Assembly: GCF_963921235.1 (NCBI RefSeq)
Contig: NC_086097.1
Span: forward strand, 28,088,001 to 28,152,000
Direction: 5' to 3'
Length of the DNA stretch: 64,000 bases
Origin: Mobula hypostoma
Lineage: Eukaryota
Under the pieces are notes generated by a model. It was not told where the DNA came from. It made no database searches and saw only the letters and a list, made by a program, of their open reading frames with translations. Positions within the stretch are counted from its first letter, which is position 1. Each line of letters starts with the position of its first letter. The position numbers and the translations under genes are program-made. Shown piece after piece: positions 1 to 10,459 of this stretch.

Positions 1-172
1 TGTTATTTTGAAACTGTAAAAGATGGAAATAAAAAAGTAATCTTGCTTAAAATATTAAAGTATGTCATCTTTAACTTTATGCCTTTTGGAAATCAGATCA
101 TCTTTTACTCACTTAGCTATTCACAGTAACAGATTTTTTGACCGGGGGTACCCAAACTTTTGCATGCCACTG
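1..172 (+). mobile_element. Terminal segment of a Tc1-like DNA transposon (cut by window start)
   Basis: Ends ...CCCAAACTTTTGCATGCCACTG followed by TA, the typical Tc1 terminus and target dinucleotide. Confidence 0.65.
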
Positions 173-174
173 TA

Positions 175-1228
175 GGAGCAGAAGTAGGCCATTCGGCCCA
201 TCGAGTCTGCACCCCCATTCAATCATGGGCTGATCCAATTCTTCCAGTCATCCCCATTCCACTGCCTTCTCTCCATACCCTCTGATGCACTAACTAACCA
301 AGAACCTATCTCAATGACTATCTTAAATGCACCCAATGACTTGGCCTCCAGAGTCGCTTGTGGCAACAAATTCCACAGATTTCCCACCCTCTGACAAAAG
401 TAATTTCTCTGTACCTCTGTTCAAAATGGATGTCCTTCAATCCTGAAGTCACATCCTCTTGTCCTAGACTCCCCTACCATGGGAAATAACTTTGCCATAT
501 CTAATCCATTCAGGCCTTTTAACATTCTATGAGATCCCCCCATCATTCTCCTGAACTCCAGGGAATACAGCCCAAGAGCTGCCAGATGTTCCACATATGG
601 TAATCCTTTCATTCCTGGAATAATTCTTGTGAATCTTCTCTGAACCTCCTCCAATGTCAAAAATAAAATTCTAAAATAAAAAGCCCAAAACTGCAAACAA
701 TACTCCAAGTGTGGTCTCATGAGTGCCTTACAAAGCCTCAACATCACATCCCTGCTCTTATATACTATACCTCTAGAAATGAAACGCAACTTTGCATTCG
801 CCTTCTTCACCACTGACTCAACCTAGAGGTGAACCTTTTGGGTATCCTGCACAAGGACTCCCATCTCTGCATTTTGAATTCTCTCTCCGTCTAAATAATA
901 GTCTGCCTATTTATTTCTTCCAAAGTGCATGACCATACACTTTCCAAATTTGTATTTCATTTGCCGCTTCTTTGCCCATTCCCCTAAACTATCTAAGTCT
1001 CTCTGCAGGCTCTGTTTCCTCAACACTAACTGCTCCTCTACCCATCTTTGTAACATCAGCAAATTTAACCACAAATTCATTAATCCCATAGACAAATCAT
1101 TGACATACATTGTAAAAAAACAGCAGTCCCAACACTGACCCCTGTGGAACTCCACTAGTAACCAGCAGCCAGCTAGAATAGGATTCCTTTATTCCCACTC
1201 TGTTTTCTGCCAATCAGACAATGCTCCA
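175..1228 (-). mobile_element. CR1-clade LINE 3' fragment (degenerate RT C-terminus and 3' UTR)
   Basis: ORFs 421-813 and 907-1155 carry CR1 ORF2 motifs (RPHLEYC..FW, LEEVQRRFTR, KCMVMHFGR). Confidence 0.85.
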
Positions 1229-1229
1229 G

Positions 1230-2180
1230 CCTCTCTGCACCCTCTTAAAAGTCTCAACATCCCTTTCCATAATAGGGTGACCAGATCTTATGCAATACTT
1301 CAGATGTGGCCTAACTAGAATTTTATAAAGCTGCAACATAACTTCCTGACTTTTGAACTCAATGACTCGACTACATAGGCCTACTTAACCACCCTATCAC
1401 CCTATGTAGAACTTGGACCCCAAGATCCCTCTGCTCGTCAACACTGTTAAGGGTCTTGCCCATGTGTACTGAATCTTTACATTTGACCTACCAAGATGCA
1501 AAACTTCACATTTGGATGTGTTAATCTTTCTACCATTTCTCCACCCATATCTGCAACTGATCTATATTCTGTTGTATTCTTTGCCAGTCCTCAATGGTAT
1601 CCACACCACCACCAATCTGTGTATCATCTGCAAACTTACTAACCTACCCATCTACATTTTCATCCATATAAAACAGGGGTCCCCAACCCTTTTTGCACTG
1701 CGGACCAGTTTAATATTGATAATATTCTTGCGGACCAGCCAGTGGGGGGGGGGGGGGTCGTTCAAGTTCAACAGTGTGTGACAGGGAATGAGGAAAGGTG
1801 CAGCTGACTCATATCGTTTCCTTGCAGCCTGGTACTGGTCCGCAGCCCAGTGGTTGGGGACCACTGAAAGACAAACAGGGGTCAAAGTACAGATCTGTGT
1901 GGAACACCACTAATCACAGACCTCCAGCTGGAATAAGTCCCTTCGACCACTACCCTCCGTTGCCTATGGGCAAGCCAGTTCTGAATCCAAACAGCCAATG
2001 CAAACTGGATCCTCTGCATCTTAATCTTCTGGATGTGCCTCACATAGGTGACCTCGGGAAACACCTTGCTAAAATACATGTAAGCAACATCCAAAGCTCT
2101 ACCTTAGGTCAACCTCATCATCTCATCAAAAAACTCAAATCAAGTTAGTAAACCCTGCACAAATTAGGTTCTCCCTAATT
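1230..2180 (-). mobile_element. Older CR1-like LINE fragment (RT region), interrupted by a MITE
   Basis: ORF 1882-2094 (DVAYM.FSKVF, WIQNWL..R.RRVVVEG, SGVP) is CR1 RT-like. Confidence 0.7.
1674..1866. mobile_element. hAT/Charlie-type MITE
   Basis: Terminal inverted repeats CAGGGGTCCCCAACC / GGTTGGGGACCACTG; no clean 8-bp TSD. Confidence 0.7.
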
Positions 2181-3386
2181 AGGCCATTGTTTTCCAAATG
2201 CTCAAATGCAGAAGGTTCAAATGAGACTTCAGGTTGGTAGCTAACAAGGAAAACAGCTAAATACTTTGTTAGCCACATTTTTTCTGGCAGGACCATAAGA
2301 CATAGGAGCAGAATTAGGCCAACTGGCCCATCGAGTCTGCTCCAACATTCAATCATAGCTGATCCTTTTTCCTTTCCCCCTCCTCTTCAACCCCAGTTCC
2401 CGGCCTTCTCCTCGTAACCTTTAATGCAGGTCCAATCAAGAACCTATCAATCTCTGCCTTAAATACATCCAACGACCCGGCCTCCACAGCTGCATGTGGC
2501 AACAAATTCCGCAAATTCACCACATTTTGACTCAAGAAATGTCTCAACATCTCTATTTCGAAAGGGCACCCCTCTATCCTGAGGCTGTGCCCTCATATCC
2601 TAGACTCTCCCACCATGGGAAACATCTTTTCCACATCTACTCTGTCTAGGCTTTTCAATATTCAAAAGGTTTCATCCCTCACTTTCTGAATTCCAGTGAG
2701 TACAGACTCATCAAAAGTTCCTCGTATGATAACCTTTTTATTCCTGGAATCATCCTTGTGAACCTCCTCTGGACCCTCTCCAATGCCAGCACATCTTTTC
2801 TAAGATGAGGGGCCCAAAACTGTTCACAATAGTTAAGGTGAGGCCTCACCAGTGCCTTATAAAGCCTCAGCATTACATCCTTGTTCTTGTATTCTAGACC
2901 TCTTGAAATGAATACTAACATGACATTTTCCTTCCTCTCCGCTGACTCAACCTGCAAGTTAACCTTCAGGGTGTTCTGCACAAGGACTCCCAAGTCCCTT
3001 TGCATCTCAGATTCTTGGATTTTCTCCCTGTTTACAAAATAGTCTGCACATTTATTTCTACTACCAAAGTGCATGACCATGCATTTTCCAGCATTATATT
3101 TCATTTGCCACTTTCTTGCCCATTCTCCTGATCTGTCCAACAGGTAAGATTTTGCAACCTACCTGTTTCCTCAATACTACCTGCCCCTCCACCAATCTTT
3201 GTATCATCTGCAAACTTGGCAACAAACCCATCTATTCCATCATCTAAATACAGCATAAAAAGTGGTCCCAACACAGACCCCTGCAGAACATCACTAGTCA
3301 CTGGCAGCCAACCAGAAAAGGATCCGGTTATTCCCACTCGCTGCCTCCTACCTATCAGCCAATGCTCTAACCATGTTAGTAACCTT

Positions 3387-4246
3387 TGTTACGTACCCCG
3401 TAACTGGGTTGCCAAACCAGCAGAAATGGATCACTCAGTTGGAGTCTGGAGTACTAGAACTAAGAAAGTTTTATTAAAGAAACAAGCAACACATTAATTG
3501 AAAGGATAATAAATGCAACAGTTCAGCGATGATAAACGCACATGAGCACAGAATTAAGATAACAGCATCAGTCAAGCTCTATCGTTGTCTAGGGGTAAAT
3601 GACCAATTTCAAAATGACTCAAAGTTCAGTCCAGTTTAGTAGTTCAGTTCGCAGTAATCGTTGCCATGGCGGTGGACAACGTGGGGGAAGAGAGACAGAA
3701 TAGGAACAACTGATCATTCAGAACACTGCTTCACTCACAGACCAGCGGGATGGCTCACAAACAGCATTTGGGCGGGTCCTTGGTGATGTCACCTGAGGTC
3801 ACCGACTGTGACCCCTCCTCCAGATGCGGTCGATCCTCTGCAGTGAACCCGGCACCCAGGCAAGGGCGGACACACACCGGGTTCCCGCTGATCGTACCTT
3901 TCCACCCTGGTCGTTGTCTGGTACTTCTCACCCACTCGTGAGAAGCGTACCGCTTCCAGGGTCTCGTTACCTCGGGTGGCGTGTGTGCTCGTCTTAGCGA
4001 ACCTGTCCCTTTTTATCCCCCTGCTGGGGTATCGCCTGTCCATCACTTCAAACAGTTCAGGGTTCAAAGGGGGGAGCCGCTCCGGACAGCTCTCCCTCCC
4101 ACATCCCTTCATTACACATCTCCAGACGCTGCTCCATTGTTCCTTATCTCTCCTTCCCCTGAGGGCAGGTGGCAGACCAACTGCTGATGCCACTGATGCT
4201 AGCCCAGGCCAGCAAACATCTTAATTTTATGTGTATTCTCGTAACA
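3387..4246 (-). repeat. 3' LTR (860 bp)
   Basis: Direct repeat of 7298-8157; TG...CA ends; minus-strand AATAAA near 3471-3476. Confidence 0.95.
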
Positions 4247-4258
4247 CTTCCCCCCTTT
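4247..4258 (-). other. Polypurine tract
   Basis: AAAGGGGGGAAG on the minus strand directly abutting the 3' LTR. Confidence 0.85.
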
Positions 4259-4446
4259 AAGGATTTTTACCGGGAGGTAAAAATTACAAACATGACTACA
4301 TTATCTGATACATACACAATATACATCGTTAACAGTTATTTAGCTAATACAGAGAATTTGAAGCTGTCAACACCTTGACAGACAGTCATCACATTTTCTG
4401 TTCCTTTTACACGTGTTATTAATAATCCCTTAGACCAGGCTCCAAC

Positions 4447-5736
4447 TCAGCAAACTTCATAGTGGCCAAAAACACTGATGAATTGCGACCAATGTAACCT
4501 CTCATTTGGTTTTTGTCCCGGACCACAATAACAAGGGTCGTCCCATTCCGACTCAATTTTCTCTCGCAAGGGCTTAGTAGGAGGGGGACGGGTATTGACC
4601 GCAGAGTTATTGCAAAACTTCCTGCAGTACCCCACCATCTCCAAAAGCCTTCTGAGGGCCCTCTTGTCTGTCGGGGTTGGGAGGTCAGCGATAGCCTGCA
4701 CTGTAGCTTGCATCACTGCCAGCTGCCCCTGTGTCACCACAATTCCCAGGTAAGTGACTCTCGTGTGGCCGAATTCATTTTTTTCAAGGTTCACTATCAA
4801 GCTGGCTTCAGACAGCCGTATTAAATTGCCAATACACACCTCTGTGTTCATCAGCCCTTTAGTCACTGAATTACTCAAAAAATATGGGTGTTGTTTACTT
4901 GGCTGCCCTATTGTAACAGACATAACCCAACGTCCCAGTTCTTTGCATTTCCTCGGGACAATCAAACACATGGGTGCGAGTCGTTTAATTACTCCTTCGG
5001 GGATTAAGGGAGAGACCTTATCAGTAGACCTGGCCAAAACAATAGCCTTCTCCCATCTGACCGATCCCATCCTAATCTTTTCAAAATGGTTCTTTTCTCT
5101 TAACAGGGGGCCCCTAGCTTCATTGATTTCCACGCTAACACCGACCAGGTTTGTTAGCATATCAAAAACCGGTGACCGTCTCAGTTCGCGTCGGTCATGA
5201 TCAATAACATTTTTCCCCCTGGGCAGCCGGTAAATCTCTTTCATGATTCCACCAACTGTTTCCTCCAGCACCGCAAAATGTCCACCGGGGGGTACCTCGT
5301 GGGCCATGTTAAAAACCTCATCCCCATAACTCTTTTGCACCACCCCCCACTCCTCATCTGCGGATACTGTCCTTGATTTCCCTTTCTTCCTTAGCACTTC
5401 CTCATCCGCACAATAGCCTACTAGTTCCCTTGTCAAGGCTGTGTCAGAGAGAGCTGTCTCTGCAAAACCCATCAGCCCCTCGCCTCGCTCCTGCGTCTGC
5501 ACAAATTCTTTCCTGGCTACTGCTACGTCCGTCCCAGCTCCCTCACTACCTCTTATCTCACTACACCCTGTCTCATACAAGGTTGGCAGAAATGTTTCAG
5601 CCAAATTCACCATCGCGGGCGGGGCCTCCATGCTGGCAGGCTGACCCGTCAATCTCACGACTGGGAACACGATTCCTCCGGCGATGTCATTACCGAGCAA
5701 GACTTCCACGTCTTTCATCGGTAATTCGGACCTCAC
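4447..5736 (-). CDS. Condensed pol remnant ORF (protease C-terminus, integrase N-terminal piece, RT/connection pieces), 429 aa
   Basis: LLGNDIAGG (protease end), AHEVPPGGH (integrase HH), KQHPY (RT start), RL..ASL.VNLEK..F....VTYLG and P.PT.K..LRRLL.MVGYCRKF (RT thumb/connection). No integrase DDE core and no YxDD. Confidence 0.75.
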   Translation of the reverse strand: MRSELPMKDVEVLLGNDIAGGIVFPVVRLTGQPASMEAPPAMVNLAETFLPTLYETGCSEIRGSEGAGTDVAVARKEFVQTQERGEGLMGFAETALSDTALTRELVGYCADEEVLRKKGKSRTVSADEEWGVVQKSYGDEVFNMAHEVPPGGHFAVLEETVGGIMKEIYRLPRGKNVIDHDRRELRRSPVFDMLTNLVGVSVEINEARGPLLREKNHFEKIRMGSVRWEKAIVLARSTDKVSPLIPEGVIKRLAPMCLIVPRKCKELGRWVMSVTIGQPSKQHPYFLSNSVTKGLMNTEVCIGNLIRLSEASLIVNLEKNEFGHTRVTYLGIVVTQGQLAVMQATVQAIADLPTPTDKRALRRLLEMVGYCRKFCNNSAVNTRPPPTKPLREKIESEWDDPCYCGPGQKPNERLHWSQFISVFGHYEVC

Positions 5737-7198
5737 CCCCGATCGTGACTAGTCCAGAGACCAGGTTGCTCTGTAAGTGTATCTGGTGCAAAGGGACTGA
5801 CTCTGTCCCTTCCCCAACACCTTTGACCTCTACCTCCCCAGTCTGGGTCTCTGAGCTAAACTCTAATACACTCTTCAGTATTAGTGACTGACACGCTCCC
5901 GTGTCTCTCCAGATCCGCACTGGAACTGGTTTTAACCTCTTTTTCACTGACACCAATCCGGCCGAGATAAACCTCTCGCGCCCTTCCTGGACTTTTTCAG
6001 ACCTGTCCTTCCCTAGCGGTTCGCTTAACAGCTCAATACAGCCATTCAAAATTTCCGCTTTTCCTTTCCCCGTCTCCTTCCTTGGGGCAAAGCACCTGGA
6101 CGCAAAGTGTCCGACTTTCCCACAATTATAACAGACGACCCCAGGAGACTTCCTACCAGGCTGCTCCCGGTCTACCTTATCCTTTTCACTAGTCCCCGGC
6201 TTACTTTCTGACTTTTCCGGTGGACTCTCCCCGCCGTCCTGACTACCCTTCTGGTAGCCTTTACTCGGGGCAAACTTCATTTTATGCGTCAACGCATACT
6301 CATCCGCTAACTTAGCAGTTGCGGCTAACGTGGCTGCCTCTTTCTCATCGAGGTAGGGTCTCATACCCTCAGGGACACAACCTTTAAACTGCTCAATCAG
6401 AATCAGTTGCAGCAGTCTGTCATAATCCCCCTCTACCCCTTTCGAGGCGCACCAACGCTCACAATATGTTTGCATCTCGCGAGCAAACTCCAAATACGTG
6501 CGGTCCCACCGCTTCCTCGCATTCCGGAACCTCTGCCGGTATGCCTCCGGGACCAACTCATAAATCCTGAGGATGGCCTCCTTCACCACCTCATACTTCT
6601 GGGCATCTTCCGCGGATAAAGCTGAGTAAGCTTGTTGGGCTTTCCCTTTCAGTACACTCTGAAGTAAAACAACCCACTTATCCCTCGGCCAGTCCTGACT
6701 TATAGCTACTTTTTCGAAGTGGAGAAAGTACCGATCCACATCGGTATCGTCAAATGGGGGAACCAGCCTAACCTCCTGGGTCGCCCGGAACCCTCCACCT
6801 TGGTTCGGCACGAGCCCCTGCTCGGCCCTTATCTTTAACTTCTCCAGCTCAAATTCCCTTTCCCTCTGTTTCTCCTCTCTCTCCAACTGTCTGTCCCTCT
6901 CTCTCTCTTCGTGTTCTAACTGCCGTACCCGGAACTCGTGCTCGAGTCTCAGTTTTTCAAGCTGTACCTGTACTGCGTCTCCAGCAGGTTTTTCAACAGA
7001 CACCTCCCCCAGCTCACCTTGGGGAAACACACCTTTAGATACATAGTGCTCTACAATAGCTCTGTGTATCTCCTCTCTCCTCATTGTCGACTTCACCTTA
7101 GCAAGATTCACCCGTTTGGCCACAGCTATCAATTCCGATTTCCTGGCATCCTCTAATGCCTCCAAGGTCGGCGCCTTTATAAATTCCTCAACCTCCAT
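5690..7198 (-). CDS. Gmr1-like Gag (SCAN-like capsid, CCHC knuckle) fused to aspartic protease, 502 aa
   Basis: ELVPEAYRQRFR...LILIEQF (SCAN-like), CYNCGKVGHFASRC zinc knuckle, RDTGA protease motif. Confidence 0.88.
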   Translation of the reverse strand: MEVEEFIKAPTLEALEDARKSELIAVAKRVNLAKVKSTMRREEIHRAIVEHYVSKGVFPQGELGEVSVEKPAGDAVQVQLEKLRLEHEFRVRQLEHEERERDRQLEREEKQREREFELEKLKIRAEQGLVPNQGGGFRATQEVRLVPPFDDTDVDRYFLHFEKVAISQDWPRDKWVVLLQSVLKGKAQQAYSALSAEDAQKYEVVKEAILRIYELVPEAYRQRFRNARKRWDRTYLEFAREMQTYCERWCASKGVEGDYDRLLQLILIEQFKGCVPEGMRPYLDEKEAATLAATAKLADEYALTHKMKFAPSKGYQKGSQDGGESPPEKSESKPGTSEKDKVDREQPGRKSPGVVCYNCGKVGHFASRCFAPRKETGKGKAEILNGCIELLSEPLGKDRSEKVQEGRERFISAGLVSVKKRLKPVPVRIWRDTGACQSLILKSVLEFSSETQTGEVEVKGVGEGTESVPLHQIHLQSNLVSGLVTIGGEVRITDERRGSLAR

Positions 7199-7267
7199 TT
7201 CTGCTGTTTGTCTTTTCTTTCTTTCGGGAATTTTAACCCAATCAATTTACTCCGTCCCAAATTTAGC

Positions 7268-7293
7268 GTTCAAAATCCCGGACGAGAACCCCA
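7268..7293 (-). other. Primer-binding site complementary to tRNA-Pro
   Basis: TGGGGTTCTCGTCCGGGATTTTGAAC begins 4 nt after the 5' LTR; compare the tRNA-Pro complement TGGGGGCTCGTCCGGGATTTGAAC. Confidence 0.8.
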
Positions 7294-7297
7294 CTTA

Positions 7298-8157
7298 TGT
7301 TACGTACCCCGTAACTGGGTTGCCAAACCAGCAGAAATGGATCACTCAGTTGGAGTCTGGAGTACTAGAACTAAGAAAGTTTTATTAAAGAAACAAGCAA
7401 CACATTAATCGAAAGGATAATAAATGCAACAGTTCAGCGATGATAAACGCACATGAGCACAGAATTAAGATAACAGCATCAGTCAAGCTCTATCGTTGTC
7501 TAGGGGTAAATGACCAATTTCAAAATGACTCAAAGTTCAGTCCAGTTTAGTAGTTCAGTTCGCAGTAATCGTTGCCATGGCGGTGGACAACGTGGGGGAA
7601 GAGAGACAGAATAGGAACAACTGATCATTCAGAACACTGCTTCACTCACAGACCAGCGGGATGGCTCACAAACAGCATTTGGGCGGGTCCTCGGTGATGT
7701 CACCTGAGGTCACCGACTGTGACCCCTCCTCCAGATGCGGTCGATCCTCTGCAGTGAACCCGGCACCCAGGCAAGGGCGGACACACACCGGGTTCCCGCT
7801 GATCGTACCTTTCCACCCTGGTCGTTGTCTGGTACTTCTCACCCACTCGTGAGAAGCGTACCGCTTCCAGGGTCTCGTTACCTCGGGTGGCGTGTGTGCT
7901 CGTCTTAGCGAACCTGTCCCTTTTTATCCCCCTGCTGGGGTATCGCCTGTCCATCACTTCAAACAGTTCAGGGTTCAAAGGGGGGAGCCGCTCCGGACAG
8001 CTCTCCCTCCCACATCCCTTCATTACACATCTCCAGACGCTGCTCCATTGTTCCTTATCTCTCCTTCCCCTGAGGGCAGGTGGCAGACCAACTGCTGATG
8101 CCACTGATGCTAGCCCAGGCCAGCAAACATCTTAATTTTATGTGTATTCTCGTAACA
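7298..8157 (-). repeat. 5' LTR (860 bp)
   Basis: Direct repeat of 3387-4246; only 2 differences seen by eye. Confidence 0.95.
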
Positions 8158-8866
8158 CCTTCCTGTAACACCATAGGCTCTTAACTTGGTAAGCAGCCTC
8201 ATGTATGGCACCTTGGCAAAGGCCTTCTGAAAGTCCAGATATATAACATCCACTGTATCAACTTGTAATCTCCTCAAACAACTCCAACAGGTTCGTCAGG
8301 CAGGATTTTCCCTAAAGGAAACCATCCTGACTTCGTATCATCTTGTCCTGTCACCAAGCATTCCATGACTTCATCCTTAACAATTGACTGTAACATCTTT
8401 GCATCCACTGAGGTCAGGCTAACTGGTCTATAATTTCCTGTCTGCTGCCTTCTTCCTTTCTTAAAGAGTGGAGTGAAATTTGCAGTTTTCCAGTCCTCTG
8501 GCACCATGCCAGAGTCCAATGATTTTTGAAAGATCATTTCTAATGCCACCACAAGCTCCAACGCTACCCCTTTCAGAACCCTGCGATGCAGTTCCTCTGG
8601 CCCAGGTGACTTATGTACCTTAAGGTATTTTAGCTTTTTGAGCACCTTTTCTCTTGTAACAGTAACTGCACCAATTTCTCTTCCTTCACACACCACAACA
8701 TCAGGCATACTGCTAGTATCTTTCAGTGATGACTGATGCAAAATACTCATTCAGTTCATCAGACATCTCCTTGACCCCCATTATTATTTCTCCTGTCTCA
8801 TTTTCTAGCAGTCTTATATCCACTTTCATTTTTATTTTTAGCATACTTGGGGGGAAAAATCTTACT

Positions 8867-9106
8867 CAACCAACACACATCAAAGTTGCTGGTGTACGCA
8901 GCAGGCCAGGCAGCATCTCTAGGAAGAGGTACAGTAAACGTTTCAGGCCGAGACCTTTCGTCAGGACTCTGACGAAGGGTCTCGGCCTGAAACGTCGACT
9001 GTACCTCTTCCTAGAGATGCTGCCTGGCCTGCTGCGTACACCAGCAACTTTGATGTGTGTTGCTTGAATTTCCAGCATCTGCAGAATTCCTGTTGTTTGC
9101 GTTTTT
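8867..9106 (+). mobile_element. Short PLE terminal-repeat insertion in fold-back (inverted) arrangement
   Basis: 94-bp inverted arms 8871-8964 / 8969-9062; 3' end matches the PLE at 37520-37650; flanking duplication GGAAAAA(T/G)CTTACT at 8853-8866 / 9107-9120. Confidence 0.85.
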
Positions 9107-10459
9107 GGAAAAAGCTTACTATCCACTTTGTTATAATTTGCTAGTTTGCTTTCATATTTCATCTTTTCCCTTCAAATGATTTTTAGTTGCTTTCTGTAGG
9201 GTTTTTTTTAAAAGACTTCCCAATCCTCTATCTTCCCATTAATTTTTGCTTTGTTGTATGTCCTTTCTTTTGCTTTTACAATAGCTTTGACTTCCCTTGT
9301 TAGCCTTGTACTATTTTACCATTTGAGTATTTCCTCATTTTTGGAATACACACGTCCTGCACCTTCCTCATTTTCCCTCAGAAACGCATGCCATTGCTGC
9401 TCTGCTGACATCCCTACCAGCAGCTCCAAGCTACTTCGGCCAACTCCACTCTGATACCACTGTAATTTTCCTTATTCCACTGAAATAGGCCTACATCAGA
9501 CTTTACTTTCTCCCTATCAAATTTCAAGTTGAACTCAATCATATTGTGATCACTGGGCCCTAATTGCATCCGGTTCATTACATAATACCCAATCCAGTAC
9601 AGCTGATCCCATAGTAGGCTCAATGACAAACTGCTCTAGAAAGCTATCTCTTAGGCATTCAAACTCACTCTCTTAAGATCCATTACCAACCTGATTTTCC
9701 CAATCAACATGCATGTTAAAATCTCCCATGACTACCATAACATTGCCCTTTTGACTCGCTTCTTCTATTTCCTGTTATCGCCTGTGGTCTACCTCCCAGC
9801 CACTGTTGGGAGGCCTGTATATAACTGCCATCCATGTCCTTTCACCCTTGCAGTTTCTTAACTCAACCTACAAGGATTCAACATCTTCCAATCCTATGAC
9901 ACATCTTTCTACTGATTTAATGCCATTCTTTACCAATAGAACCACACCACCCCCTCTGCCTACCTTCCTATCCCTCCGATATAACATGCAACCTTGGACA
10001 TTCAGCTCCCAACTACAACCATCCTTCAGCCACGATTCAGTGACGGCCACAACATCATACCTGGCAATCTGTAATACTGCAACAAGATCATCCACCTTAT
10101 TTCTTATACTACACGTATTTAGATACAATACCTTGAGTACCGTATTTGCTATCCTTTCTGATTCTGCATCCCTGATATTTTGATACTCAGCCTGTTGGCT
10201 GCAACCAAGTCCCATTACCTGCCTGTCCTTCCTGACAGTCTGGCTGCACACGATCTTCACTTTTTTGCCATCTGTCCTATCCTGAGTCCCTTCACTCCAG
10301 TTCCCACATCCCGCCTAATTAGTTTAAACCCTCTCCAACAGCTCTAACAAACCTGCGAGCAACCCGTCACTTTTGCACAGGTCATACTTTCCCCAGAAGA
10401 GGTCCAATTATCCAAGAACCTGAAGTCCTGCCCAATGCACCAGCATCTCAGCCACGATC

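Larger units (their letters stand above)
3387..8157 (-). mobile_element. Gypsy (Gmr1-like) LTR retrotransposon, 4771 bp, internally deleted, non-autonomous
   Basis: Two 860-bp LTRs with TGTTACG...CGTAACA termini, 4-bp TSD CCTT (3383-3386 / 8158-8161), PBS, PPT, gag-protease ORF and pol remnants in IN-before-RT order. Confidence 0.93.
2292..10455 (-). mobile_element. Long CR1 LINE (endonuclease to RT to 3' tail), split by an LTR element and a PLE insertion
   Basis: EN motifs in 9868-10260 (YLN..SIRNK, VTESWL); RT motifs in 8274-8750 (NYRPVSLTS) and 2679-3337 (FADDTK). Sequence either side of the LTR insertion rejoins seamlessly when compared with the paralogous CR1 at about 57150. Confidence 0.88.

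Noticed and set aside
3750..4224. Duplicated ORFs of 63-134 aa (also at 7661-8135)
   Set aside because: They lie inside the LTRs and are duplicated only because the LTRs are; no recognisable domains.
7268..7293. tRNA-like sequence as a tRNA gene (also the SINE heads at 25430 and 54832)
   Set aside because: Only the 3' ~25 nt are present (PBS); the SINE heads do not form a full cloverleaf.
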